A stretch of DNA of 64,000 nucleotides from Octopus sinensis (GCF_006345805.1 NC_043004.1:17856001-17920000); one strand, 5' to 3'; shown: positions 24,383 to 37,834, counted from the first letter of the stretch. Numbers and translations are program-made. The notes: a model not told the origin generated them from the sequence alone.

Positions 24383-24909
24383 TGGCAGAAACGTTAGCAC
24401 GCCGGGCGAAATGCTTAGCGGTATTTCGTCTGCCGTTACGTTCTGAGTTCAAATTCCACCGAGGTTGACTTTGTCTTTCATCCTTTCGGGGTCGATTAAA
24501 TAAGTACCAGTTACGCACTGGGGTCAATATAATCGACTTAATCCGTTTGTCTGTCCTTGTTTGTCCTCTCTGTGTTTAGCCCCTTGTGGGTAGTAAAGAA
24601 ATAGGTATTTCGTCTGCAGCTACGTTGTAAGCATGCGCCTGTAGGCTAAACCTGAATTTGTGACAGAATCATTAGCATTCCGAGCAAAATGCTTAGCGGT
24701 ATTTAGCCCGCCTTAAGGTTCTGAGTTCAAGCTCCGCCGAGATTCACTTTGCCTTTCATCTTTTCGGGGTCGATAAATTAAGTACCAGTGAAACACTGCG
24801 GTGGGTGTAAATGATTAGACCCTTCGCCCCACCCCCAATTTCAGGCTCAAGACTTGAAATTGGGGGTGGGGCGAAGGGTCTAATCTAAGAATAATAGAAA
24901 GGATTATTC
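24383..24909 (+). mobile_element. SINE family B unit, start of a second unit, then Tx1-tail/SINE-B chimera
   Basis: Junction aaagaaata|ggtatttcgtctgcagctacgtt at 24603. From 24628, taagcatgcgcctgtaggctaaacctgaatttgtgacagaatc matches the LINE-tail/SINE fusion at 2669-2727. Confidence 0.85.
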
Positions 24910-25250
24910 TTAGTTTATACGTCTGTCAAGGTTCTTTCGTCACACACCCTGTGACCGCATCAGTGACTCTGTGTCCCATGTGCCTCCTCTTGTTCTGCTT
25001 ATTCTGTTTTGTCCTTCTGTCGTAGATGTTTTGTTTTCTTCAACGTTTAACTTCAAATTGTTTCCCCTAACGTTTCCCCAATTCTTTATTATTTTTCTAT
25101 GTGTGCCCAATTCGACGGCCTTCTCTCACACGATTTCCTTTATCCTTCGTTTATCTCTTCTTCCAGGCATTGTCCCTATTCTATAACCTCAAGTCTTTTC
25201 ACCAGTGTTATCATTTTACTATTTTAAAAATATTTTTCACTATTTTCATA

Positions 25251-25655
25251 CACGCAGGTGTGGCTGTGTGGTAGGAAGTTTGTTTCTCAGCCACATTGTT
25301 CGGAGTTCAATCCCATTGCATATCACCTTGAGCAAGTGTCTTCTACTATAGCGTCGGGTCCATTACAGCAATGTGAGTGGATTTGGTAGACGGAAACTAA
25401 AAGAGGTCTGTCGCATGTGTGTGTGTGTGTATGTGTGTGTGTGTGTGTGCGTGTGTGTCCACCCTCTCAGTTTGACAACCGGTGTTGGTGTGTTTAAGTC
25501 CACGTAACTTAGTGGTTAGTCAAAAGGGCTCGATAGAATAAGTACCAGGTTTTAAAAATAAGTCCTGGGGTCGTTTCATTCGACTAAAAGTTCTTCAAGG
25601 CGGTGCCCCAGCATGGCCAAAGTCTAATGATTGAAACACGTGAAAAAGAAAGAGA
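25251..25655 (+). mobile_element. SINE family A
   Basis: Head, CORE-like block, (TG)n, tail ggcggtgccccagcatggcc. Confidence 0.88.
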
Positions 25656-26058
25656 TTTATAGTTTTTCTATTCCACCGGTGTTTTTACTTAAATACTTCT
25701 TTCCTCTTATCTTCCCTTTCACTTCACACTCACGGCTGCCACATACCCTCACATACCATATGACTACACATACTCACTATCCTCCAACATCCCAACTAAC
25801 CCACGCCACTCCACTCCTGCATTTGCACACCCACACACACCTCTTGAAGCCACACATACCTCTTGAAACCACACACACTCCATACCACCACACACAGTTC
25901 CATTATGCCTATATCTATTCACGGATTCACCCCTCTACATGTACACACCGCCGCGCAGGTTCCTCCATTCATAACCCCATACAACTGCATTCCAAACCTA
26001 CGTATTCGCCACTTACTCATACTTTTTGTACTTCCCCACCACCTTTCCTCATTCTATT

Positions 26059-26094
26059 ATTTCTGATGAAGCATCTTCGTTCGAAACGTCAAGA
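26059..26094 (+). ncRNA. Hammerhead ribozyme motif, intact core, decayed stem II
   Basis: AUUU-CUGAUGA-A-GCAUCUUCGUUC-GAAA-CG-UC^AAGA, at the end of a C/A-rich 350-bp block (25700-26060). Confidence 0.55.
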
Positions 26095-26932
26095 CATTTT
26101 CCCTTCTTTTTAAGCTTTAAATACATTTGTTAATGTCTTCTCTTTATGTTCATTGCCTATAATATATGTGTGTGCGTGTGTGTGTGCGTGTGTGCGTGTG
26201 TGTATGTCTGCTCGTACAATAAGAATTTTCATTTTGAATCTTTTAAAAATCATTTCGAGGTTTTGTCACCACTGTTCTTCAGGATCTGAGAAAACTGACA
26301 AGAGAGAAAATGCAAGAAATGTAACAAATAAACAAACAAATAAATATATAAATAAATGAAAGCGTTCCTATTGAAATTTCTTAACGAAACGTCGAAAATT
26401 ATTTTGATTATTTTTTGTGCATGTCTAAAAAGAACATTACATAATATGCACTACTGGAATCTTGTATGTATGTATGTATGTATGTATGTATGTATGTATG
26501 TATGTATGTATGTATGAATGAATGCATGCATGCGTGTATGTATGCATGTATGCATGCATGTATGTATATCATAATTCAGTTTATTTCAAGATTTCTTGCC
26601 AATAGAGAAATAGCCGGTTTCTAACAAAGATCCAAAGCTCCTTCATTGGAATTTCAACAGGATATTTTTGTATGTATGTATGTATGAATACATGTATGTT
26701 TACGCGTGTATATATATATATTTATATATATGTATATATATATGTGTGTGTGTGTGTGTATATATATGTATATATATGTATATATATGCATGTACTTTAT
26801 TTGTGGTTTAACAAGTCAACCAATGGTTTCGTGTAAAGAAATCTTCACAACTTTTCAAGCGGTAGTGTTGGCACTCGTTTTCAAAGAAATTTTGTCCACC
26901 AAAACAATGTTGTGCACTCATTCTCACTGTTC

Positions 26933-27049
<117 letters not shown>

Positions 27050-27553
27050 TGTGTGTGTGTGTAAGACAGGATTGCAATGGAATGAGTAATAGTTTCAAAT
27101 TTAGGCACAAAAACAGCAAATTTTTAGGGTAAGTGGAAAGTTAAATAGACCCTTTCTCATGCCTTGGTAATTTTTTATCGACACTGAAACAGTAAAAGGT
27201 AAAGTTGATTAGAGCGGATTTTGAATTCACCTCATAGTGTTGACAGAAGAAATGCCGTAAAGTATTGTGTCGCACGTACAATCGTTCTGCCAGCTTAATA
27301 AATTGGTTAATGAAACTGCATTTAATCCTCTTGTAATTTCGCCGTAATGAAAATAAGAATCAGTTTTATGGTGTTTCAAATACAGCTCATTGCGTCCTTT
27401 ACAAAGAAATAATTTTTCTTACTTTATCATACTACCTTCTTAATTTAATTAAGCTTTTCCTCGTTAATGAATTAATTAATTAGTTCTCTAAAAATCGATG
27501 GTTCCTAAAGTATTTGAAGAGTTCCAAAACAATGAATAAATAATTGTAAAGAA

Positions 27554-27660
27554 CAATTGCTATATTAAATGCAATTCTTATATTAAATACAATCCTAATA
27601 TTAAATACAAATCTTATATTAAATACAATTCTTATATTAAATGCAATTCTTATATTAAAT
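27554..27660. repeat. 18-bp minisatellite (aattcttatattaaat[ag]c), ~6 units
   Basis: Direct tandem repeats visible. Confidence 0.85.
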
Positions 27661-27848
27661 AGAAAAAATAGAAATACATTTCAAATATCACATTCTTACT
27701 GGAGGAAAATGATAAAAATAAAAGCTTGAGTGAAATGTGAGCTTTCATTACTTTTTGAACAACATTACCGCATATACTTGTATGTATGTATGTATGTATG
27801 TATGTATGTATGTATGTATGTATGTATGTATGTATGTATGTATGTATA

Positions 27849-28250
27849 GGCGCAGGAGTGGTTGTGTGCTAAGTAGCTATAGGCTCAGGATTAGCTGTCT
27901 CGTAAGTAGCTTGCTTACCAACCACATGATTTCGGGTTCAGTCTCACTGCGTGACACCTTGGGCAAGTGTTTTCTACTATAGCTTCGGGTCTACCAAAGC
28001 CTTGTGGATGGATTTGGTAGACGGAAACTGAAGGAAGCCCGTCGTATATATATATATATTTGTGGTGTGTGTGTGTGTATTTGTGTGTCTGTGTTTGTCC
28101 CCGTTTACGTCCCCGTAAATTAGCGGTTCGGCAAAAGAGACCGATAGAATAAGTACTAGGCTTACAAAGAATAAGTCCTGGAATCGACTAAAAGTGGTGC
28201 TCCAGCATGGCCACAGTGAAAAGATTGAAATAAGTGAAAGAATAATATAA
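27849..28250 (+). mobile_element. SINE family A
   Basis: Head ggcgcaggagtggttgtgtg (with a duplicated head segment), body and tail. Confidence 0.9.
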
Positions 28251-28440
28251 ATAAAAAGTTAAAAAGTATGTATGTGTGTGTGTGTGTGTGTATGTATAAG
28301 TGTATGCGCATGTGTATGTGTGTGTGTTGCTGCGTGCGTGAGTATGTGCGTGGGCGCGCACTTGTGCGTGCGGGTGTGAGGATATGTTTGCTTAATCTGT
28401 CTGGTGGTTATAAATATATTGGAATAGATATTTGCGTGCG

Positions 28441-28535
<95 letters not shown>

Positions 28536-28999
28536 ATGTACGTGTGTAAGTGTATGTGCATGTATGCATGTTATGTATATATATATATGTATGTATGTAG
28601 ATATTAATACATGTATATATGTATATAGACATGTAAATATACGTGTCTGTACGTTCGTGTGTGTCTGCGTGTGTACGTGTGTCTGCATGTGTGTGTGTGT
28701 GTGTGTGTGCATTTATGCATATGTTTGAATAGAAACAAAGATACTCGAAGCATGCATATATACCTACATGCACATCTACATAGGGACACATCGTTTTTAT
28801 TTTTAGATCGAAGACACAAAAGATTGCCAAGAATCTTCTTGATAACACGATGTACTTGAACGTCCAACTCGCTTTTTGGAGATTTGCAAACAATGAACGC
28901 ACCTGATACCAAGAAAAGTTTAAGAAGAGAATAATTCCTGTATACCATGATAATTTAACTCTTATACGAACATTATTCAATGCATGTGATACAGGTTTG

Positions 29000-29375
29000 G
29001 TTTGAATGTTGAGTGGTGAATAAGGTCACTTTGCTACCATGTGGCTTCCGGTTGAGTTTCACTGCATAGCATTTTGGGCAAGTATCTGCTACAATAGTCC
29101 CAGTCCGACCAATACCTTGTGAGTGAATTTGGTAAACGGAAACTATGCAGAAGCCCATTGTATATATAAATGTGTGTGTGCATGCCTCTGATTTTCTGTT
29201 TGTCACCGCCCAACACTTGACAAGTGGTGTTGGTTTGTTAACATTGTTTCGGCAAAAGATAAAGTACCAGACTTAAAACGCAAATAAGATCTGGGGTCGA
29301 CTTGTTCGACCAAAACTCTTCAAGACAATGCCCCAGCCTGACCGCAGTCCAATGACTGAAACAAGTAAAAGAAAT
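29000..29375 (+). mobile_element. Diverged SINE family A
   Basis: ttttgggcaagtatctgctacaatag..gaatttggtaaacggaaact..tail gccccagcctgaccgcagtccaatgactgaaacaagtaaaag. Confidence 0.75.
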
Positions 29376-29466
29376 GAATTACTTAACCTAAACTGATGAT
29401 TAAAGCGGTTTCAACTGTGACTATTCAGTCCATATTTTATTTTATTTTACCATATAGGTAAAATAA

Positions 29467-29845
29467 GGCATAGGAGTGGCTGTGTGGTAAGTAGCTTGCT
29501 TACCAACCATATAGTTCTGGATTCAGTCCCACTGCGTGACACCATGGCCAAGTGTCTTCTACTATAGCGTCGAGCCGACCAAAAAATTGTGAGTGGATTT
29601 GGTAGACGGAAATTGAATGAAGCCCGTCGTATATATGTATATATATATGTATGTGTGTGTATATGTTTATGTGTCTGTGTTCCCCCCCCCAACATCGCTT
29701 GACAACCGATGCTGGCCTGTTTACCGATATAATATAGTACTAGGCTACAAAGAATAAGTCCTGGGGTCGAGTTGAACGACTAAAGGCGGTGCTCCAGCAT
29801 GGCCACAGTCACATGACTGACACAAGTAAAGGAGTAAAAGAGTAC
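29467..29845 (+). mobile_element. SINE family A
   Basis: Head, body and tail match the family. Confidence 0.9.
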
Positions 29846-30094
29846 AGTATACCCTTTACTGGTAAGGGCTCAATAAGGCGAAAACATCGGCACCGCTCAC
29901 AGTACTGCCAAGCACCAGACACACACACTGTACAACTTCATTTCTAATTTTAAATAATTTAAATTCTGAGATTGTCTTCCTTAATTTTCTTGTCGAGAAT
30001 TATTAATATAATAATTCAATTTTATTATTATTTTTTTTTCTCTCTAGTTTCAGCTCAGAGCTGCGGCCATGCTGTGGTCATGCTGTGGCCATGC

Positions 30095-30112
30095 TGATGC
30101 ACCGCCGTTTAA

Positions 30113-30173
<61 letters not shown>

Positions 30174-30174
30174 A

Positions 30175-30227
<53 letters not shown>

Positions 30228-30340
30228 GTATTAGTATTATTTTGCATCTTTGGAACAAGTCTTGCAAATAAAGTTTGTTGACTCACTATATTATATAAAA
30301 AATGTTTTGCTTTGCATTTCATAATATGTTATTATATTGA

Positions 30341-30400
<60 letters not shown>

Positions 30401-30401
30401 A

Positions 30402-30441
<40 letters not shown>

Positions 30442-30480
30442 ATTTTATTATTAACATTATTATTAACATTATCTTTATCT
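30095..30480. repeat. (ATT)n microsatellite tracts
   Basis: Long TTA runs; source of the poly-L/poly-N ORFs. Confidence 0.95.
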
Positions 30481-30788
30481 TATTATCTTTGTTTAATCAT
30501 GTGATGGGAAGGACTTCGCACACGCACAGTCACTTTTCGTTTTCTTTTTTTTATCTTTTCACTTTTTGCATTTGCAATTTGATTTTCGTCAAACATTTTT
30601 TTTTTTCAGTTTTCATCACTGGGTTTAATGGATGTTTAATAAACTGCCACTTCTCTATGCGCATAAGAGATACAGACGCGCGCGCTTGCACACGACACAC
30701 ACACACACCACATACAGACATACACACATATACACACACAAACACACACATTCACACAACCAACCAATATGTATACAAAAATTGTTGC

Positions 30789-30863
<75 letters not shown>

Positions 30864-30976
30864 ATATATAATATATATATTATATATATATATACATAAG
30901 TAGATAATAGATAGATAGATAGATAGAAGATGGGTAGATACACATATATATGTATGTATGTATCTATGCCTCTCCT

Positions 30977-31031
<55 letters not shown>

Positions 31032-31033
<2 letters not shown>

Positions 31034-31159
31034 CGGGAAGCTTTATGAAAATAAACAAAAGACGAAGGCAGGTGGAATACAAACAAACAATTGTATTAGT
31101 ATGGGGCTCAGGAATATAAATAAAACAAGTCTTTTACGTTTCGAGCCTACGCTCTTCAA
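31032..31159 (-). mobile_element. Family P2 repeat, truncated within the HHR core
   Basis: Near-identical to 16717-16845; stops at ctcttcaa and enters (TA)n. Confidence 0.75.
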
Positions 31160-31164
31160 TATAC

Positions 31165-31212
<48 letters not shown>

Positions 31213-31447
31213 ATATATCTTTTATATATATATATATATCTTTTATATATATATATATATACTTGCATACACACATACTTACATAAATACATATATGTAC
31301 GTATATATGTATGCGTGTAAGTGTGTTTTAATTATTCCAGTCTTTACAAATTCCAGCGGAAGATTTTACTCTACAAATATACCGGGATACAGAAATCTTC
31401 ACAAATGCTGACTTAGTTTTTTCCACCACCTATCCATCCATCTCTCC

Positions 31448-31525
<78 letters not shown>

Positions 31526-31834
31526 ATACGTATATGTGTGCGTGTATGCATGTATGTATATAACTGTGTTTTCCCCTCCATCTTTCTATCATTTCTCTCG
31601 TTGTTTCGATAAAAATACATGTTGCATACATGTATATTCCATGAAAAGGAGAAAGCGATTGTAAGAAATGTTGTTCAAGAGAAATATCGTAACTGCTACT
31701 GAATCTATAGTTGGCTAAGATCAGTTATGCTATATTTTGACATGGCTTTTATGTGGTGTGCCACGAGCACATATTCTCTCTTTATTTTCTTTATCTATAT
31801 CTCCCCTCCTTACTCACGATAACAATTATTATTA

Positions 31835-31895
<61 letters not shown>

Positions 31896-32054
31896 TAGTA
31901 GTTTTATTTTTATAGCGTGCTTTCACTTCACTACCGAGCGCAGCTGTGTGTGCCGCAGGTATGTGCTGTGATTTGTTGTGATGCTCTGATGGTTATTGTA
32001 TGGAAAGTGTTCTGCGTAGGATGTGTGCAGTGCCTAGTAGTGCAATTCCGTGCA

Positions 32055-32099
<45 letters not shown>

Positions 32100-32916
32100 A
32101 TTACAGTATGTTCCCCTTTCACAGTCTTCAATATGGCTCATTCTGGCTGTGAATCCACAGGAAAGACGATATGTGTTCGTGATTTTATCTTTTTTTCTAG
32201 AATCTATGGCGTTCGTTGGCAATGTCCGTTTTTATTGCTCGTGGGACAACAAGTACAGTAGTAGCAACAACAGCAACAACAAGTAAAATGAAATAAAGCT
32301 ATGGAAACATTTATAAGAATTTAGAAACTTCGAGAGAACGTGAAATGGTTCGTTTTAAACGGTGGAACTCGATATAGATAAAAATTATCAATAATAGCAT
32401 GTATGATTTCGACTTTTCTATTCTGGAGATTTTTTAACCAGACATTTACACGCTGTTATTTATAGCTTCAACTGCTTCAAGTTCCACCGCTAAAAACAAG
32501 CTATGGAGAGTTTTAATGGAGACAAAGAAATAATCTCTTTTTTTTTTAACAAAGCTGTTAATTATCTTAATGCTTAATCTTTCAAAAAAATATAAACCAC
32601 ACAACTACAACAATAGCAACAAGAACAAGAACAACAACAACAATGATATCAAGAATAAAACAGAATCATCGGGAACGATTTTTATTTTCTCTATCTGCTC
32701 TTTATCTTTGTGAAATAACAGTGTTTTAAATTTTCCACTGATCTTTATCGCTAATTTTCCTTTTAATATATTCGTTTATTCTGTGTAAAAAGTTTTGTAT
32801 CTGTGACACATTTGCTAAAATATTAAATATAAACAAAAACTACTCACGGTCATTGGTGCGTCAATTGATTTTTTCTTTTTCTTTCTATTATCATGTTACA
32901 CAAACAAGATGAAGAT

Positions 32917-33308
32917 GCTGGCAGAGTCGCTAGTACGCCGGGCGAAATGCTTAGCGGTATTTCGTCTGCCGTTACGTTCTGAGTTCAAATTCCGCCGAGG
33001 TCGACTTTGCCTTTCATCCTTTCGGGGTCGATGAATTAAGTACCAGTTACGCACTGGGATCGATGTAATCGACTTAATCCGTTTGTCTGTCCTTGTTTAT
33101 CCTCTCTGTGTTTAGCCCCTTGTGGGTAGTAAAGAAATAGGTATTTCGTCTGCCGTTACGTTCTGAGTTCAAATTCCTCCGAGGTCGACTTTGCCTTTCA
33201 TCCTTTCAGGGTCGATAAATTAAGTACCAGTTACGCACTGGGGTCGGTGTAATCAACTTAATCCGTTTGTCCCCTCTATGTTTAGCCCCTTGTGGGCAGT
33301 AAAGAAAT
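32917..33308 (+). mobile_element. SINE family B dimer
   Basis: Second unit begins at 33140 after aaagaaata, the same junction as 21073 and 24603. Confidence 0.92.
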
Positions 33309-33997
33309 ACATCGCACACCCTATGCTATTGTCTTATTTTATTGACACCGAAGGAATTAAAAGCAAAGTTGTCACCACCATTCAAAATGGCTGGCCTTTG
33401 AATCCTGCAACGGACCGCCACCACCCTCTCAGGGTAGGTGGGGATAATGTTGTTTGTTCGGTCACTTATACGCCATGGAAATCGGTAATCACTTTTATGA
33501 GATGCAGAGTTCAAAAAATATATTCTTTTAATATACAAATGTATATTTGTCCTTAGATCGCAGAATTGGTGGAGTGCTGAGAAAATATCTTGTGCTATTT
33601 AGACCCCTCTTGAGTTCTAATCTTGTGAGAGTAAATTTTGTCTTTTCGGGATCACTAAATGAAGTACCAAGGAAGGATTAGAGTCGATATAAGCTATTAC
33701 ACCTCTCAAAGCGTTAGCACAGTACTGATAGGACCCAATGATTTAAACTAATAAAATAATGGAAATGTTCATTATATTTCTTTTCTTTAATTGATGTCAC
33801 TGTCAAAATGTTAATGTGTAGCTCGGGAACAAAAGGAAAATAGCCCAGAAGATTATTTTCTCTAAAAGAGGTTTTGACTAGTAATCGTAACACTCTTACT
33901 GTCTTTATATCACCACAAATTAACATGTGATTCTATACGTGATCGTTGGATCTGTTAGATATAGCAGCTAAATCGCTCTTAAATTGTACATTACGTA

Positions 33998-34414
33998 GGC
34001 GTAGGAGTGGCTGTGTGGTAAGTAGCTTGCTTACCAACCACATGATTCCGGGTTCAATCCCACTGCGTGGCACCTTGGATAAGTGCCTTCTACTACAGCC
34101 TCGGGCCAATCAAAGCCTTGTGAGTGGATTTGGTAGACGGAAACTGAAAGAAGTTCATCGTATATATATATATGTATATATGTATGTATGAGCGTGTATA
34201 TGTTTTGTGTGTCTGTGTTTGTTCCCCAACATCGCTTGACAACCGATGCTGCTGTGTTTACGTTCCCATAACTTAGCGGTTCGGCAAAAGAGACCAATAG
34301 AATAAGTACTAGGGTTACAAAGAATAAGTCCCGGGTTCGACTTGCTCGACTAAAGGCGGTGCTCCAGCATGGCCACAGTCAAATGACTGAAACAAGTAAA
34401 AGAGTAAAAGAGTA
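33998..34414 (+). mobile_element. SINE family A, full length
   Basis: Head, CORE-like block, internal (TA)/(TG), tail ..gaaacaagtaaaagagtaaaagagta. Confidence 0.93.
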
Positions 34415-34429
34415 CCGTCTTGAAACGAG

Positions 34430-34640
34430 ATGGACACAATGGATGAACATATAGAGACGTAATACCTGAGAGAAGGACAGCGTGATCATAGCGCGAATGC
34501 CTTCCATCATTATTGATTTGCTCTATCGGAGATGTCCTGGTCTTAAACAACAGCGTCACTACATTGTTTTCAATGTCTTTAGCTAAGTCCACGAAGTAAA
34601 TGATTCTCCGTCAGTTTGCACGATGTGCGCTCAGTTATTC
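34430..34640 (-). mobile_element. Possible decayed RT fragment (RTE-like)
   Basis: Minus RRIIYFVDLAKDIENN resembles the RT motif FVDL.KAFD.V; the downstream sequence is only loosely similar. Confidence 0.3.
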
Positions 34641-37327
34641 GATCAACTGAACTGTTTATTGCGTGAATATGTTTCTAGTTGAGTTGCCTTTATGCCTTAA
34701 TCCTAAACCAGAAACAACGTGTCACAGAGGCTGATAAGGATGTACCATTGAATTACAGCTACGACCCATCCAAGTAAGCTTCTCCACAGTTTCCATACAT
34801 GCTAATTTTATTCACACGAACAGAAGATTTTGCCAAAGACATTAGTCTAAAATATCAAACAGTGGCATCAAATTGTTGAACTTGTGATTTCAAAGTGAAC
34901 TTGTTAACCATTCGTCCTTGCTTCGTCGATAAAAGAATTCCCTCTGCTACAACATTTGGGGTCAGGTTACAAATTTCCTTCTTAATCATGATTTTACCTT
35001 GTAGATTTTCAGGTTAGACATCAGTCACGTTAATCTTAGCAATCAGACTAATTCTTGAAAAAACGTCCCTATCTCAGTATTGGCAATTCCTTTTACGCCT
35101 GCACAATATGAACGCTCTGGGCTGCAACATCCTTTAAGCAGAAGTGTTAAGCTTAAGTTTGTTATTTCTAAGTTAAAGCTTGCAGTCCAATACAGTTAGT
35201 CTTAGCACTAGCACGGCTCGGCCGTCTTCTGTTACAGTGTTTCATCCTTTAAAGCAGCAAATTAACGTCAACTTGTAAAAGATGTTGCAAGAAGAGCATA
35301 TTTCACGTATTTTAGAGTGAAACTGAGTTATCAAAATAAAGCATTAGTCACTCTGTCTGCAAAGCTTGCATTATATCTCTCATCGAATAGATCAAAGTTA
35401 ATAGAAAGAGAATGAGCTTAGGCCTATCAGCGGTCAAAAGAGGATCAACTTACCATCCTGAAGACGATATGATATTTTTGTGCGGTTGCTATTTCTAGAC
35501 TTAGCTCAAAGACCAAATGAAAAATAACTTACGCAAAGTTCACCTCTTTTAAGACACGCACTCCATTGTGCTGAAGTCCCAAATCCTCTTTCTTGCGTTT
35601 AATCAATTAGATTTATCGATTAACCTGATTGGGTAACCTAAGAAGGAAACACTGAAGGTGAAAGTTATACGCAACTTGCTGTTGTGATGATTCTCAAATT
35701 CAAACCTGTTTGAATTAAATAAACGAAATCAAATCCAACCATCTTAAAAATGAAAATTTGTATTTGATTATGCTCTCATAGATACACTGCAAAAAAGTTC
35801 GGAATAACGGCTAAAACGCCTTTAAATAGCAGTTTGCTTGAATCCTTCTGGCATACAATAAAACTGCAGCATGTTTATATCTAGAAGTGTAGGAAATGCT
35901 GGACAAAACACTTTCAGTTATGTCCTTGAATCGCAATCAGTTATATCCTTTACGTAACGAGGCCAAGACCTGTCGAGTCTATTTAAAATGCATTCGCCCG
36001 GAGTCGATAAAATAAACTCGAGTCAAATATAAACGCCAGTTGCATAAATCGTAAAAATAACAGTGCTAGGAAACTGATGATAGTCTGTGTTAGCAAAAAT
36101 TATACAGTGACATTAAAGAGGTCGTAATGTCTCGGAAAAAAATAGGTACCAGATGATTCAAAAGTGTTCTTTTTATGAGAAAAATTTCTTCTCAGCTGTG
36201 TGGCTTTGCGCCCTTGATCATGATCGTTATATCTAAATGTAACTATTATATTTAAGGAAATTGAAATTCTCATTAAAAAAACAGTTAATGAAAGTGGAGC
36301 TATCCGCTTATGCAAAACTGTTTCATAAAATGAAGCAGTTTTGACTTTTTATATATCTGGTTATCAGGTAATAAGAGTTTGTCAGATGAATGTTCATGGT
36401 CAGATTTCAGATGTATCCATTACTTGAATAACAAAAAGTAATGCACTTTCTTTGATAAAAACTAATACAATTAGTTTGCTAAATACACTAAGGAGATATA
36501 AGCACTCAACATTCTCACCAATATCATAATATAATATATATGGGTACATGTATGAGTCTAAGTGTGTGAGTGAGTGTGTGTATATAGATGTGTTGGCCTA
36601 TATGACTTCTTTGGAAAGGGCCCGGGTAATCGATTACATGGATTCAGTCTGAATAAATATTTGATTTTTCTAGTATTAGCGTACAATGTCGGAAGTGAGG
36701 ATCTTTAGGCAAGACTAACACTAGCATTCTGCATATTAAAAAGCTTGTAATATTTATGTCGTTGTCTAATTAGGTATAAAGAGTTATTGACTATGTTTTT
36801 AGAGACATTTCATTTCGACAAAAAACTGAATCAGGCTATTTTCTTCCTAACTCTTTTCGCCAAAGGAGATACTGAATCTACACTATTTTTTGACTAAAGC
36901 TACTACTCGCTACTTTGGTGATTACGACTAGGCTGGTGCTGATAGAAATTCCTCTAAGTACATACACAGTCACCCTGTTTGACTTTCTATAGATATAGTA
37001 TTTGCCAATACGAGCTTTTTAAGAATATTAACGTGGCTGACTGTGGTTAGAGTGAGTTAATAGTAGTAAAGAGAAACACTTCAGAGGTTCTTATTAAGTT
37101 CTTAAACCTACCCATAGCTTAAAATTCTCAAGGATCATTTCTATACAAACGAAGCAAGTAGTGGGGGGAAATGTGTGCATGTGTGCTCTTCGATATCGAC
37201 AGATAATCTTCCAATGTCTGTGACCTTAATTCCGTTCTAACTCTGCTGAGTTGCCATGAAAAATGGGTCACCATTTTAACCCACAAGGAGTTACTATGAT
37301 ATAGGAGTAACTTCCTAGAGTTCGTGA

Positions 37328-37672
37328 CTACTCAAATATCGAGAGTTTCAATTCAAATAAATTATCTTGAGAAGGGGAAATTTCGAAATAGGAGTGGGAA
37401 ACAGTAATTATATAGCGTTCCTTGTCCTCGATATTGCGGATCAGTTGATAACTGCGGTTCACTTCCAGTGCATTAATCCAGTAGCTCTTCTTGTATTCAG
37501 AGCGAAGACGTCCAGGATACGCTTNNNNNNNNNNNNNNNNNNNNNNNNNNNNNNNNNNNNNNNNNNNNNNNNNNNNNNNNNNNNNNNNNNNNNNNNNNNN
37601 NNNNNNNNNNNNNNNNNNNNNNNNGCGGAGTCGTCGAATCTATAATTACGTATCAGAGACATCTCGCGCTCC
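37328..37672 (-). CDS. Candidate coding segment interrupted by the assembly gap (unidentified product)
   Basis: Acceptor-like aacaatttcag|G at 37673/37672, then the only open frame, (x)EREMSLIRNYRFDDS. After the gap, a 64-codon open frame AYPGRLRSEYKKSYWINALEVNRSYQLIRNIEDKERY...; locally CpG- and GC3-rich. No recognisable family. Confidence 0.35.
37525..37624. other. Assembly gap (100 N)
   Basis: Run of N. Confidence 1.
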
Positions 37673-37834
37673 CTGAAATTGTTTAAGCAATTTCGATTTG
37701 TGAGTAGAGTGCAGCTGTAAAAGTTTATTTTATAGAGATATATTTCTATTATCGTGTGAAAACATAAGCTCCTTCGAGATTTGAGAAATTAAAATGCGTT
37801 ATTTAATTTAGATATCCACAAGTAAAAGAATATA

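Noticed and set aside
26365-26396. ttc-CTATTGA..GAAACGTC-gaa hammerhead-like motif
   Set aside because: Two core mismatches and no stem II; indistinguishable from chance in AT-rich DNA.
32140-32170. Walker A-like GCESTGKT
   Set aside because: No preceding hydrophobic strand or Walker B; a few such matches are expected by chance in six frames of 64 kb.
34440-34600. ADAMTS-like YDHAVLLSG peptide with a cag|gtatta donor
   Set aside because: No usable acceptor, an upstream in-frame stop, and no FC.WQ motif; a decayed RT fragment fits at least as well.
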